Assembly: GCA_963693365.1 (NCBI GenBank)
Contig: CAVNZM010000011.1
Span: 6,095,921-6,159,920, forward strand
Source: Amoebidium appalachense
Taxonomy: Eukaryota > Protista > Ichthyosporea
Direction: 5' to 3'
DNA: 64,000 nt
Shown: positions 1 through 28,410 of the stretch, one piece after another
Numbering within the stretch: the stretch's first letter is position 1
Layout of the letters: every line of letters starts with the position of its first letter
Position numbers and translations under genes: made by a program
The notes under the pieces: model-generated
What the model was told of the DNA's origin: nothing
The model's database searches: none
Seen by the model: only the letters and a program-made list of their open reading frames with translations

Positions 1-1070
1 CTTGGTTCCATAAAATCTCTTTCTTGAATGTCTGCAAGACTGACCCCTCTGCATCTCAGGCTGGTTCCCATTCCGCTATTCTGAATCCTGTTATTTACAA
101 CGTCCATCCGCTTTCCCGGTGGCCTACGGCTGCCGATTTTTTTCAATCCGCCCCCTCCCACCCCTCCCCCCCCCCCCCCCTTCCTCCTCTCCTCCCTCCC
201 GATCTCCCCTCCGTCTGCCAGCGAGGAAAGCACGTGTGCATGCATTGTGCTCTCTCCCCCTCTTTCTGCTTCTGTCCTCTTTCCCCTCACTTTAACACAC
301 GTACACAAGTTGCACTTCTTTCGATTCCTCCCCTCCCTCCGGTCTTTCCTTCCACTCCCTCTCTCCCACTGCCTTGCAACAGCCTTTGCCCTTTACTTCC
401 TTGGGACTTCAACACTCGTGCGCAGAGTCCCTTCACTCCCCTGCCCACATTATTTATCTACCCCCCCCCCCCCCCCCCCCTCCCCCCGTGCAAACAAAGA
501 ACGAAAAACAAGCCACTCTCACCACTGACGTCTTTTGCAGATACCCCGTCATTTTCTTGTCCCCTTAACCATCTTAAAGCAAAGACATCCTTTTTTTGTC
601 GATGTTCTCTTGTTTTGTCATCCACACGTACTCGCATCCTTCGATTGTTCTCCCCCCCCCCCCCCCCTTCCCCGGCTTGCAATCCCTCCCCTCCCCCGTC
701 TCCACTTCAAGAACCCCCCCCCTCCCTCCCACCCACCCAGTCCGGCCTGCCCGCCCTCTCCACTCCGCACAAACCCAACGTTCTTGAAGCCCCCCCAACC
801 CCTCTTCCACCCCCCCCCCCCCCCCACCCCCACCCCCACCCCTTTACCCCTGCACCCTTTTCTCTTCCACTCCCCCTCCCCCTCCCCCCCCCCCCCCCCA
901 TTACACACAGACCCTATCCACCCAACCACCGCCGCACTTCTCCCATTGCCTCCATATTTGCCGCACCCCCCCGCCCCCCCCAAGTACACACACCCGCACT
1001 CACACAAATGCTCTGGTGTTGTATACTGTGCGTACATATAATGATTCGCTGGGAATTTTTTCTTTCGTAA

Positions 1071-1106
<36 letters not shown>

Positions 1107-1209
1107 CCCCTTCGCGGAATCTCCAACATTGCCGGGCTCTAATTTTTTTTTTTTCAACTCTAATTTCCCTATTTGGCTGTTTATCAACACCACTTCTCTT
1201 ATTTGGCAG

Positions 1210-9194
<7,985 letters not shown>

Positions 9195-9204
9195 CAATTT
9201 CTTT

Positions 9205-9445
9205 TCCGAGATATTTTTCTCGAAATGTTGTGTTCCGGGTTATATACTTCTCAAGAACATGGTGCTCCATTCTATCTTTCTCAGGACATTGTGTCCCACA
9301 CGATGATTATGCCTCAGAATATTTGTTCCGGGTATAACATGGTGTTTCGGGGTATATAGTTTTCTTAGAACATCGTGTTCCGGGCTATTCATTTCTTATA
9401 ACACGTGTTCCATTTCATGTTTCTTAGAACATGATGTTCCAGCTA
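9205..9445 (+). repeat. Degenerate ~35-40 bp tandem repeat in the presumed 3' UTR
   Basis: Recurrent ttc(t)yagaacatngtgttccggg(t)ata-like units. Confidence 0.55.
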
Positions 9446-9892
9446 TTATGGAATGCAATGTAGGATATTAGGCAGCGGTATGTCGCTATAGGTGGGTGTG
9501 TGCGTGTAGGAAGTGTGTTCAGTTATGACAAGTTGTCTGGGCAAGACGGGTCTTTGACTTGACCAGGGAGGGATCCTTCCTGTGTTCCTCCCCTTCATCC
9601 CCTCCCTCTTTCTTTGCTTTCTCCCTTCCCCTCCCCCTCCCTCAACTCCCCTCCCCTCCCCTTGCCTCCCCTCCCCTCCCCTCTCTTCTCCGGATGTATA
9701 CGATACTCTCTTTTGTTCAAAAACAGCACGGTCTCTGTGGGAGGTTGGCGACTCTGTGGATTTCTTTCATTCTGCAAAAGACTGAATTTCCATATTCGGC
9801 AATATCGTGGTTTCAGGTGTTGTGATTGTTGATTTTTTTTTTTTTTTTTTAGAATAACACTGTACAATGTTTTCTGGCGCAGAGAAGAGGGA

Positions 9893-9928
<36 letters not shown>

Positions 9929-10773
9929 TCCTGGTTTTGTAAAATTTATTGAGCACATCGATCGGCTCATGTTTTTGTGTACGTAGGGTTACCGGCATAG
10001 CAAGATCTTTGCATGTAATATGGAGCAAAACGATGTATGTAGTGCTTGTAAACAAACTCCCATGAACAGAACACTGACAAAACCCGCACGTGTGTTGTGT
10101 ATGTGTTCAAACGTGTCTGCGACGTGCTTTTGTGCATTTGCTATTCTTTTTTCATTTCATCATGCATGTGATGTTTCAACTCTAGCTATTGGGGGTCAGA
10201 TAACGGTTTGAGGGCAGGTTAAACGCGGCCGGGCTCTTTCACATCATCGTGGTATGAGGGCCTTTAAGGGGGCCTCTTTTTAGGAACTCGGGTTGGGTCA
10301 GACGAGACGGGATCTATGCAATATGATTGGTGCACATGTGGTGCGCATCACGCTAGCTATGATCCAGCTTGACCCGAAAGTGGCCAATAAATCGGCCTAA
10401 AATTTAACCCCCTTGATTTAAAATTAAAATGTTCACACAAGCACGCAGGATTCTCTACAAAGCAGTTGAGCACGATCAGCTCTCTTCCCTTCTTCCCCCC
10501 CCCCCCCCCCCCCCCCCCCGCCCCGCGGAGGGCCGGGGCCCTCCCAAAGATCTATTGGTCCAATCCTTTAATGGTTTCCAGTTATTGGTCAAATCCATAT
10601 CATTAAAATCACACACTCATCAAACCGAATTAAGAAGTTGCCCTGATTTATCGACGCCAGACATGACACTCTCTTAATAACTACCAAGAAAGTTAAACGT
10701 TAAAGTCAGATTACCCGACTCAAAGCCTTATCATAGTACTGTGCCGCTAGCGCTAAATATTTTTGCAGGTGCA

Positions 10774-12217
10774 CTAAAAAATTTCAGCCCATTGGTCCAT
10801 CTCGTTGGCCCTCCCCTTCACCAGCGTGTTCTTTAACTGGCGGTACTCGTTAAAGAGGGGCTCGGGATCCCCAAGCACAATGTCTATCCCTTGCAGACCG
10901 TTCAGCACCTGATCGATATTGGTGTCGATCCACTTGATGCTGTCGCTAATGCGGAACTGGGGCAACTGTAGAAAAGGGTGGAGGGTAGTAATTAGAAGGG
11001 GAATGAAGGGGGGAGAGGGGGGGGAGGAGTGGGGAGGGGAGGGGGGGAGGAGGAGGGGGAGGGGGGAGGAGGGGGGAGGGGGGCAGGAGGAAAAGAGGGG
11101 GGAGGAGGAGGAGGTGGAGGAAAAGGGGGGCGGGGGGGGGGGGGGGGGGGGGGCAAGGACGAGGAGGGGGGGGGGGGGGGGGGGGGAGGAGGACAATGTG
11201 TTACAGAGTACAAAGTAAACATGCATGACGGACAGTAGCGCAGATTTGCTTAGGCACATATACACACAGAGACATGCATCACAAGTTTCGGAGACCACCT
11301 TGCGGGAGGCCCCAAGTCATCCGATGTGTGTGTCTGTGTGTGTCTGTGTGTGTGTCTGTGCGTGTGTGTGTGTGTATGTGTGTGACGGTGTGTGTGTGTG
11401 TCTGTGCGTGCATGTGTAGGAGATTGGGGGGAGGGAGGGGGGAGGGCAAAATCCGACTAGTACCTTTGATTGTAATCATCTCTGCCCAGCCTCTAACAAA
11501 ATGCATAAATGCAACCATTAAAATGACCCTTTTTTGGGGGGGGGGGGGGGGGGGGGGGGAGGGGGGGAGGGGGGAGGGATTGAGGGAGAGGAGGGCTGCG
11601 TGAAAGCAGGGGGAAGGCCTACGATAGGGGAGGATGAGTGAGGAGGGGGGGTAGAAAAAGAGAGAGGGATAGTCAACCGGTACCTTAAAGTTTATAATCA
11701 TCTCAGCATCGACAAAAACACACATCCCCTGGAGGGTTGGTCGTGTGCCTGTGCAATCAGTACTTTTACTTTGTCCATCTGACGCACCAGCTTTTCGTAA
11801 TGCACAGCGTCGGCACTCCTTCCAGAATCATCCCTTAGACCCGCACAATGGAGTTGGCCGTAGTCCATGCGCTGCAGAATGAGGAGAAAATGAGGAAATT
11901 GATGGGGTTTCCGGTTGGTTTCCCCGTGTTTTTTAAGTGCAAGAGTGTCCAATCAGTATTTTTCTTCTTCTTTTCTTTCCCATTGTCCCTCCTTTCCTTC
12001 CATATGTCCCCCCTGCTCTTCTTTCTTTTCTTTGCTATCTGTTGTTCGTTCTTTCTTTCTTTCTTTCTTTCTTTCTTACGTTATTTCTTTTGTGTGTGGG
12101 GGGGAAGGGGCGGGGGGAGGGGGAAGGGGATGAATGCCATAGTATAACATGAAAAGATTCTCCAAACGTTGGAGAGAGGTGGGGTGGGTGGGTAAGTGGT
12201 GGTGGTGGTGTGTGTGT

Positions 12218-12248
<31 letters not shown>

Positions 12249-13749
12249 GGGAGGGGGGGGGGGGAAGGGGGCCGGGAATTGGGGTGGGGGGAGGATGGGG
12301 TGGTAAGTCTTTGAGAAGGAAAGGAGGGAGGAGGGGGGGGGGGGGAGGGGGAAGGGAAGGGAGGGAGGGGAGGGGGGGGGGGGAAGAAAAGGGAAGGGTG
12401 GGGAGGGGAAGAGGGGGGGGGAGCGGGAGGGAGAAAAGGGAAGGAGGGAGGGGGAGGGGGGCTGGAGGGGGCATCATAAATTACCCACCTGCGCTTTCAG
12501 TGCGTTCTCTGCATGTTCTATTGCCGGACCTTTCAGTGTGCAGTATGCCTGCTGCAGTTTACGCCCTGCATGGTCTGCTGCACGCGCAAGCTTGTAGACG
12601 GGCCTCTTGGATAGAAACTGGAGTTGGAAGGTTGGGGGGAGGGGGGGGGGAGGAAGGGGGGAGGGAGGAGGGTGGTGGGGAGGAGGGAGGGGAAAGGGGG
12701 AGAAAATTAAGGTGTTACAGATAAAAAATGCTCATTCATGACGAACAGCACGAGATAGAGTGCAATTTGCACGCATACCTAAATAGTAGGCATCATGACC
12801 AGAGCCCATCCGAGAGGGGTGGGGGGAGGGGGGAAGGGGGTGAAGGGGGAGGGGGGGTGGGGGGGGAGGGGGGGGGGGGCGGGGGGGAGGGGGGGGGCAA
12901 ACGATGGGGACAGATGGAAAGAGGGATGGTGGTGCCGGGAGTGGAGAAGGCCCCGGATATCACGGGGGGGGGGGGGGGGGGGGGGGGGGAGCTAGGCTGG
13001 GGGGAGGGGGGGGGGGGGGGGGGAGCTAGGCTGGGAAGGGGGAATGAGTATATAAGGCTAAGCATTCAAGAACGCAAAATTAGAGGGGCGGGAGGGGTGG
13101 GGGGAGCGGGGGGGACGGATATCGGACCCCCGCAACAAAAATTTCAAAAGTATTCTTTTAGATAATTCGGATCGATAAATGATTGAGTAAACCATATTCC
13201 TGCCTTTTTGGTCGTTTATAAAATTTACCCCGAAACTATCTGGAAATTCCCCTGCAGTAAGTTAATAATTTACTCATCACCTATCTTAGCCCGCAGTTCA
13301 ATCTCAAACCGTTACATCTTCCCCGCCAACCATTTCACAGTCCAGCCTCCCAAAAACCAAATCTATAATCCGTCTTTTCTCTTTGTCCTTTCTGTTTAAC
13401 TCTGCAAGCTCGTGAACTTTCCCCTCCAGGGTTCTGATTTTTCCTTCGTGATATTCCACTTTCCGGGTGTATCAGTCTACGTATTTCCGTGTTTTTTTCA
13501 CCTCGTTTTCTTCGTCTGTGATTCGCGCGCTGCTGCGCCGGCGAAATCCGCCCAGTATGCCTTTGCTCAGTTTCTGCGACTTTTCAAGGGCTCTGTTTGC
13601 CTCTTCGTGAGCCATCCTGTGTGTGTGGATTTGTGTGCATGTGTGTGTGTGTTGGGGGGGGGGGGGGGGGGGGGGGGGAGGGTGTGTGTGTGCATGTGTG
13701 TGTGTATGTGTGCTTATGTGTGTGTGCGCGCGTGTGTCTGTATTTGCCT

Positions 13750-13798
<49 letters not shown>

Positions 13799-13855
13799 CA
13801 TATGTGGTCTCGTATGCCCGTGCACATTGTTTCTTGATGTGTGTGTCTGTCTTTC

Positions 13856-13910
<55 letters not shown>

Positions 13911-15306
13911 CAGTGTGTGTGTGTGTGTGTGTGTGTGTGACTGATTGCGCGGGAGGCCAAGGGGAGGGGAAAGGCGAGGAAAAGGATGAGTAAGGGTGAA
14001 AATCATTATGACACACACACAGTGACAAACCTGGAACACATGTCGAACGAAAGGCTGTGTGTATTAGGGCATGAAATGTAGTGATCTGTTGTTAGAGCCC
14101 CCCTTCCCCCTCCCCTCCCTTCAACCCCCTCATTCTCCCCCCCCCCCCCCCCCCCAATATATATATATATATATTATGATATATGTGTGTGTGTTACAAT
14201 AACCTTTTCTGCCCACCCGTTCCTCCCTGCACCTTTTCCTGCCCACCTTTGCACACAGTACTATGGGGTGGTAAGAGCAAGAATCGTGTTTTGACGACAT
14301 GGGGATGTGAGCCGAATGCCCAAAGTTTGCCTCGATTTGATTGGTGGGGTTCAATGGCTGACATGCCGAACCAATCAAATCGAGGCAGATTTCACCATGT
14401 GGCTCACATTCCAATGTCGTCAAAACACGAATCTTGCTCTGACCACCCCATAAATACATACACGTATAGTCAGATAATTACGGTTGCACCTATATATTAA
14501 TTCTATTCGGGAACATTCCCATGTGAAATACGATATTATATGGACTCAAAAATATCTCAAGTAGTGCTGTAGGAGGAGGGCAGAGATCTTTAAATTGTGC
14601 ACTGCAGGGAGAGGGCGGATTACAAAGGGGTCGGGGGTGTGGGGGCCGGTAGTGTGTGTTGTGTGTGTGTGTGGTTGGGGAGGGGGAGAGGGGGAGGGGG
14701 GGGAGGGGGTCCCCATCAGGTGGGGAGGGGGAGGGGGGTGCCGAATTTATGACGGTATGATTGGTAACTGAAATGTATACGCATACCGGACCGGGAGGAG
14801 GGTTATAGGCGATGCCTGAGGAAAGTTATAATTAGCGGTGCAGAAGCAGATAGAAAATAAGGTGGGCGAGGGACGCGGAGGGGGGGGGGGGGCGGATGGG
14901 TGGTAGGAGGAGGGGGTAGAGGGGGGAGGGAAGGGGGGGTAGAGGGGGGAAGAGGGGGGGGGGGGGGGGGGGGGGGGGGGTCCTAGCAGCCCACGAATTC
15001 ACATTCGAAGAGTGAGTGTGTGTTGTCATACGTACATGCGTATACCTGGCCACACGCAGTTTTTCCAAACAATCATCCAACGCCCACTTCACACTCTCCA
15101 AATTCTTTCTTCTCGTCTGCAAAGTCCGATTTAAAGTCACGATTTGGGTGCTGTGAAAGAACGGCCTGAAGTCGTTTCCACTCACTGCAAACTTGTGCGT
15201 TTACCCTTTGTGGAGGAGTAACGAAGCCTACTTGGCATTTTTCTTCAATGCAAAGGTTGTTCATCGCGGCGGTAATGTTTTGTTTCTCAACTGATTTGAT
15301 AGCCAT
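10774..15306 (-). pseudogene. Multi-exon gene for an unknown coiled-coil protein, carrying frameshifts and an in-frame stop
   Basis: GT-AG exons at 15046-15306, 13616-~13300/13502, 12489-12617, 11684-11871 and 10774-10965. Phases join (LRVAR|[12 protein letters not shown]; KAQ|RMDYG; INFK|LPQF). Exon 1 needs a frameshift, exon 4 is 188 nt (1 nt short), and a TGA at 13472-13474 interrupts continuing coding-like sequence. Confidence 0.65.
14262..14451. mobile_element. Fold-back MITE-like element, copy 2 (opposite orientation, intronic)
   Basis: Same termini and internal spacer as 5592-5783, with the spacer reverse-complemented. Confidence 0.85.
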
Positions 15307-15980
15307 TTTTCTGATGTCTATTCAAGGAAACTAAAAATCCCTGTTGATATATATGGTGGCTATTCTCCCACTAATATCAAAACATTCACTCACGGTGGAA
15401 ATATATGTACCGCACTTTTCAATTTAGTTTCCTCATAATAAGAAGGCCCGGGGCTTTTAGAGTCCGAATTAAAACCAGACTATGTATTATTCAACTGAAT
15501 GAGTAGGGAGAAAAGATGTTATTTTTCTGTAGGGGTGCAGAGTCTGACTGACTCGGGCTCATCGCGTGCGTGATGGCCGTTATGTGCCCTGGCAGATCTA
15601 TGTAGATCCGACAGGATTGATTCAACGCGCTTATTGGCTCTCCAGAGAATTCCGATCTCGACCTAAATATGTACCGTTTGATGATTGGCTGCTAGGAGGG
15701 TTGGCAGATCTGCCAAGATCTGAGTTGAGCCCGCGAGGTGTTCAGGTGTAGGTCGTGACAGTGACCCATACCGGCTAAGGCTATGGAAGCGAAGCGAAAC
15801 CCCACATAACACATGCTAATTCAGGCCTCCATACCAGAGTCAGTAGACTTTAAATATGACACAGGCTACTTCGTTCGGTTCGTGATTACTTCAAAGGTCA
15901 TCGATATCGAGGAATAATAGTACTACTCAAATCAGTACCTTAATAAAGCACAGCCTGCAGCTGCCCTCAGGCATGTCAGA

Positions 15981-16705
<725 letters not shown>

Positions 16706-16914
16706 TGTCTGTGGGTGTCTGCATGTACTTCAGTATGTGTGCAGGTTATGACTGAGCGTGAATTTGGGCTTATGTAGGTGCAGGCCTGCGACCACCACAA
16801 CGTGTGCGCAATGTATTATGGAACTTTTAATAGTCACCAATGTGTACAATAAAGGCGCGCATGCACGGAGCGCACAAAGCACCCTTTCACCCACACACAT
16901 ACGAGCACATGACC

Positions 16915-16946
<32 letters not shown>

Positions 16947-16951
16947 AGGAC

Positions 16952-17497
16952 CCAACCACATCGGCAGAGTCAACTTGCTCCGAGCAGAATTACTCTTCGA
17001 AAGCGGAATTACTCTGCAAAAAGCAGAATTATCCTGCAAAAAGCAGAATTATTCTGCAAAAGCAGAATCACTCTGCTTTTAGCAGAATTATTCTGCAAAA
17101 GCAGAATCACTCTGCCTTTAGCAGAATCACTCTGCTTTTAGCAGAATCACTCTGCTCTTAGCAGAATTATTCTGCTTTTTAGCAGAATTATTTCGCTAAA
17201 AGCAGAATCATTCTGCTTGCGACAGCAGAATGATTCTGCTTTTAGCAGAATATTTCTGCTTTTAGCAGATTGATTCTGCTTTTAGCAGATTGATTCTGCT
17301 GTTAGCAGATTGATTCTGCTTTTAGCTGATTGATTAATTGATTCTGCTTTTGCAGAACGATTCTGCTTTTCGCAGATTGATTCTGCTTTTGCAGAATAAT
17401 TCTGCTTTTCGCAGAATGATTCTGCTTTTTGCAGTATAATTCTGCTTTTTGCAGAATGATTCTGCTCGGAGCAAGTTGACTCAGCTGATGTGGTTGG
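16952..17497. mobile_element. Foldback-type element: ~37-bp terminal inverted repeats enclosing an array of ~20-21 bp palindromic units
   Basis: Left end CCAACCACATCGGCAGAGTCAACTTGCTCCGAGCAGAAT; right end ATTCTGCTCGGAGCAAGTTGACTCAGCTGATGTGGTTGG; internal units GCAGAATnATTCTGC with A/T spacers. Confidence 0.75.
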
Positions 17498-19047
17498 ACC
17501 CTTCCCCCTTTCCCCCCTCCCCACCCACCCATATCCACACTTGTGCGGATCTCGGATGTGTGAAAAGGGTGTGGGTGTCCATGTGTTTTTTTTTTTGTTG
17601 GGGGGGGGGGGGGGGGGGGGGGGGGGGAGAGGGGGAGGGAGGGGGGATTCTGTAGACGTGAATTTGTGTGTGGGCCCTTGGCCAGAGCATGTGTACCTGA
17701 GTGTGCGTTTGTTAATACGCTTAATTTAAACTTGTGCGTCTAAGTGGTGCAAAAGACATCTTCTGAATACACCCAGGAAATCTAAAATAAATGACAACTT
17801 TTGTGATTTCTAGATTGGGCTCAGTAGTAGTTGTCATAAAGAGGGTGATGGTGATGCTGCGCCGTTAGCAGGGGGGCATGGTGGGCCCCGGAAGGGGAAG
17901 GGGGCAGCGTATGTCTGTATTATGGTTGTATATGTGTTTGTGTGTACGTTTGGTCCTTATTTCTCCGTCATTCTCTAGATGTTTTGTGAAGAAGAGGGAG
18001 GGATGGGGAGTGGAGGGTGGGTGGATGTGTATGTGTGTGTGTGTGGGGGGGGGGGGGGGGGGGGGGAGGGGGGAGGGGGGAAAGGGGGAGGGGGGGGGGT
18101 TGTCTTGCTGGGAAGGGATGCAAGCAAGTTTTTGTGTTTGTTCTTCTCCGCAAAGCCATATTTTTCCTTTAATTAAAGAACTCTTGGAAAAGTAGCCTGA
18201 ACATGTGCAGGCTACCGCTTACACGTAAAATATGAGCCATCGAGTATACTATGGGTAAGACAGAAACAGACGAAATCATACACAATATACAGACTACAAA
18301 CAGAAGTAAGGAGATTTTGGTACCCAATATACAATAGCTTTACTTCGTTATCTGCACACTAACTATACACACTATAGCATCTGATTACACAAGTACGCAC
18401 CAACCACGGGCGATCAAGTTTCATCTTCTCCTACCGAATACCGAACGAGAAGCCAAGTTTTGGAGAACTGAAAACTGCCGTATCAAACAAGCTATAAAGT
18501 TCAACAAAACACATGTATATTCCGACCATGTAGATATATTCGTATATCCCCACCACCCACAGAATACATTACTACTGTTGCGCAAGCTTCATCATCCACA
18601 CAAGTTTCACTTCCGTACCACATACATAATTTTGTTTGTTATTAAAAGTGGTTAACTTTCTGATATTATTAAAAAATAGACCCCCCCCCTCCCCCTCTCC
18701 CCCTGCCCCCAACAATAAATCTGAGGCAAGATGAATGTATGTTGTTGCTAAGCTAACTTTGAGAGTGCAATGGTATTGATTATGCTGAACATATATACTT
18801 TAGTATATGAAATGACGTGCAAACGCTTAATGGAAATAGAATGCGGTAGTAGCTAGCGAACAGAAAATGTTTCCAATAAACCGATTGAGACCCTTGGAAA
18901 GTATATCTAGCGGGGGAAATGAAGAAAAATGGCACCAAAAACATATAACAGCGCGCATGGGTTTGGCCGGCCTTTAGTCTCTCTACAGTTGGCAAATGAG
19001 TTGGATAGAAAAGCTCCCCGTCCCACGAACATGGGTACTCAAAAAAC

Positions 19048-19106
<59 letters not shown>

Positions 19107-19191
19107 AAGAAAAAAAATAAAAAAGAAAAAAGAAAAAGAAAAGCAAAAAGACAAAGCCTTGAACGTCCGAGAAAAATGAAATTACGGTCAC

Positions 19192-24974
<5,783 letters not shown>

Positions 24975-25821
24975 GGTTGTGGTTGCAGACCGACTCACGG
25001 CACTGATCAGTTTGTGTCTTTAGGTTGATGTTGTAATGCAGTTTTCTGCAAAGGGAAGCCGGATACTGTCAAAAGCAAAGTAATTGAAGCTTAAGTGAAC
25101 GCAGTTCTATTCTCTTTTCTCGTAATGTTCTCTTCTTCATGTATACCAGTCAGTCATACGACTGACCAAAGCGTGGACATGCCCAAGAATTTGTATCAGA
25201 GGTACGGTTACACAAGAGATTACTTACTTAAATGTGATTGGGTAAGCGAAATCTTGAACTAAAGACTGTGAACTTGTTAGCGTTTGCATAGTTAAGTTCT
25301 TTTGCCAAGAAAAGTTTGAAGTATTGTGTTACGAAAACTTATTAAAAGCTATATGTTTAAGGCAGAAAGAGAAATACAAATGCGTTTTCCAGACACTGGT
25401 CCCGCCTGAAGTGACCGATACATTGAACCGCTCACGCGGATGATAAGGTCTGCCAAACGATTCGAGTAATGTCACATATTTGTTTTATAAAATACTTATT
25501 TTTGGTTTTGATTGGATCGTGACAAATCAAAGTGTAAAATAAGATCTGGTAGGTTCGATCGGTGGTCTGAGTAAGACAACCTTCAATGATCGGTTTCCCT
25601 CAAGGATTGTGTGTTACAGAAGAAATAAGGAAATATGTATAAGAAGTCGTTTAAACTTTTTGTTATTAAATAATCTCACAAGGTAATAGGGCTCATGCAT
25701 CTACATGAACGTTTCTTTTCTGAACCGCATAGGGTTATCCGTTCCGACGGCGCTTTTTTCTGGGTCGACGGCTCGAGTCGACGCCTGAGGAATGTGCCAT
25801 TGCCCGCGCTCACTGGTCGAC

Positions 25822-26033
25822 CACTGCACAGTTAACCAAAAAGGGTGGTTTACGTAAGCCAATCAAACACTACCAATACCTTTGGAATGTATTGTTCAGC
25901 ACATCACGTGGGTCCGTGTGCCCCTTCGCCGACGCCTTCGCCTGACCGCGCAGCCACTCACAGCACAGGCAGGCAGACACGAGGTGAAGGTGCCCGGGGC
26001 CTCCTGGGCGTGCACGTGGTTAACTGTGCACTG
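25822..26033. repeat. 17-bp imperfect inverted repeat pair (possible MITE ends) upstream of tpl
   Basis: CACTGCACAGTTAACCA...TGGTTAACTGTGCACTG with a 14-bp perfect core; no TSD seen. Confidence 0.35.
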
Positions 26034-26308
26034 TCTTCACCCTTTATCAAACCAGCACCGTGCACTCTCCTGCTGGCCTGGATGATCATCCCATTTTATC
26101 TGCGTGGTTGTTGTTTTTCACGCTTTGAAATTTCAAGTCCGCCCGCCCCCGAGTCCAATATGGGGGGTGGTGATCAGGGTGTTTGTAAATCAATGGCGGG
26201 TACATGGTGACGACACAGTTCTTTTTAGGCCAATATCTCAGTAAAAGAATGTTTAGAGAAATATATTGAAAAGAATATAGGATGTGGCCCCCGGGCTGGC
26301 CAGACGCC

Positions 26309-26365
<57 letters not shown>

Positions 26366-27304
26366 CGGCCCCTAGTACTAATATTAGGCCTCCCCCGGCC
26401 CCCCCCTCCCCCCCTGCCCCCGCGTTCCTTACCTCCCCGCGGCCCCATTCCCCACCGAGGCTCCTCCCCTCCAACCCCTTCTTCATCCCCCCCCCCCCCC
26501 CCCCCCCCCCCTCCCACCCCCCCCCCCCCCCCAGTAGCCTCCCCCCACCCCCCCCCCCCCCCCCCCCCCAGTAGTACCCCGGGTCTCTCTCTGTGTCTCC
26601 CCCCCCCCCCCCCCCCTCCCCCCAACTATCCAGTCGGCACCCACCGAACTCACTGCATGTAGCTGATATACCAGAGGCTGTTTCGCTTCAGGGCTTCCGA
26701 ATGTTGTGGGCCAATTGAACTTGGCTTACTTGCTAGTCTAATGATGGTTTAATAAGTTAAAAAATTACTGATGGTTGTTCAATAATAATGTACTCATCTT
26801 GCATAAATAATCTCAACTAGAAGAAGCTGTTGAATGGGCAGCACACGATTATTTTCGTTGAATAGATCTAACCGAAGAGTGGGTCCATGCATGTGGGGAC
26901 GGCCCTGGGGGGGGGGGGGGGGGGGGGGGGGGGGAGGGGGGGGGGGAGGGGGGGGCACACTTTTCATCACTGCACACCCGGCGTGCTAAGGAATAAGGTC
27001 TGCCCGATGGCCGAATTCGGTTGAACATACGAGCCTGGCCCAGGGATCCACCCCATTACCACCTGTACATGGACTGGTGAGGGAGAAGGAAGGGGGAGAG
27101 GGCCGGCGGGGGAAGGTGGGGGGGAGGGGGAGGCGGGAGCATGAGTGGTACTATAATTGTGTGCTCGGTGCCGGTGGCATCCGCATTTACAGTGATCAAT
27201 TTTAGGATAAACATGAAGTCAGGGATATGGTCTAAAACCATAGCTATAAGGTTCCTGGCCTGTATCACAAGCTTCGTTATGAGCCCCCTCCACCCTGCTC
27301 CCCC

Positions 27305-27335
<31 letters not shown>

Positions 27336-27456
27336 AAAACCCCCCAAATAATTGCAAAAATACTACGTAGGTACGGTACATTGTAACAAAATGACATACA
27401 CTCTTCTACACCTTCGGAAAATGCCCCAAGGAGGAGTGTACATGAGGGGCAGCCCC

Positions 27457-27492
<36 letters not shown>

Positions 27493-27853
27493 ATAAAATG
27501 TGCACGGGAGGCAACGCTCAAATTGAGGTCTGGCCAACCACATTAGGTAGCTGTACGGTATAATGCTGCCGATGATCAATAAATTTGAATATCATAATAG
27601 AAAGAGCAACGATTCTGAAAACATAATACATTACACACAACGAGTTTATGCACCTTGCCCTATTTTCGTTGTATTTTTTGATTGGACAACTCGTGTTTGC
27701 AAGTTTTTTATTTTTTTGTTTAGCGGTTTTTTTAATGGTCTTTTGATCAGCCTGGCTTGTTATTTCGTGTGTGATGTTGGCGGCTTTGCCCCCCCCCCCC
27801 CCCCCCCCCCTCACACACACACACATGCACGAACACAAGCATCGTGAGGCACG

Positions 27854-27886
<33 letters not shown>

Positions 27887-27901
27887 GCACACACACACGC
27901 G

Positions 27902-27963
<62 letters not shown>

Positions 27964-28268
27964 CACACACGTGCAGGCGCCCACACACACACACGCCGCG
28001 AAACTGTGGCACACGTATTCACCCTACACACACATGCTTGAAACACGAACAGCGCCCACACGCGTACAAAAGGTGCACACACGATGAATAATTCGGATTT
28101 TTTTGTTATTTATGAGACACCAAGCAAACCAATCCAAATGTCAGAGGTCTTTGAAGCCAAACTGAAATCGTTTATCAAGTTGATGCACATGTGTTCAGGT
28201 TGTACGTTCAGAACCTCTCTCTAACTCCCTACCCTCCCCCCCCCCCCCCCCCCCCCCCCCCTTCCCCC

Positions 28269-28302
<34 letters not shown>

Positions 28303-28410
28303 CGCACTCTCCTCCTCCCGGGCCACCCATCCCCCAGTCTCAGTAGCCTCAGAGTCTTCTTCTTCTTAAAAAAAATAAATAAATACAGTACTGTAACTTA
28401 GAGGTTTCTC

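Noticed and set aside
24-1070. 348-aa Pro-rich ORF and the many poly-Pro/Gly, HT/CV and ER/LS ORFs across the window
   Set aside because: These are translations of homopolymers and microsatellites within introns or intergenic DNA.
13472-13474. TGA-to-Trp or Sec recoding
   Set aside because: The same gene also has frameshifts, the oxidoreductase appears to end in TGA, and Trp is TGG in tpl.
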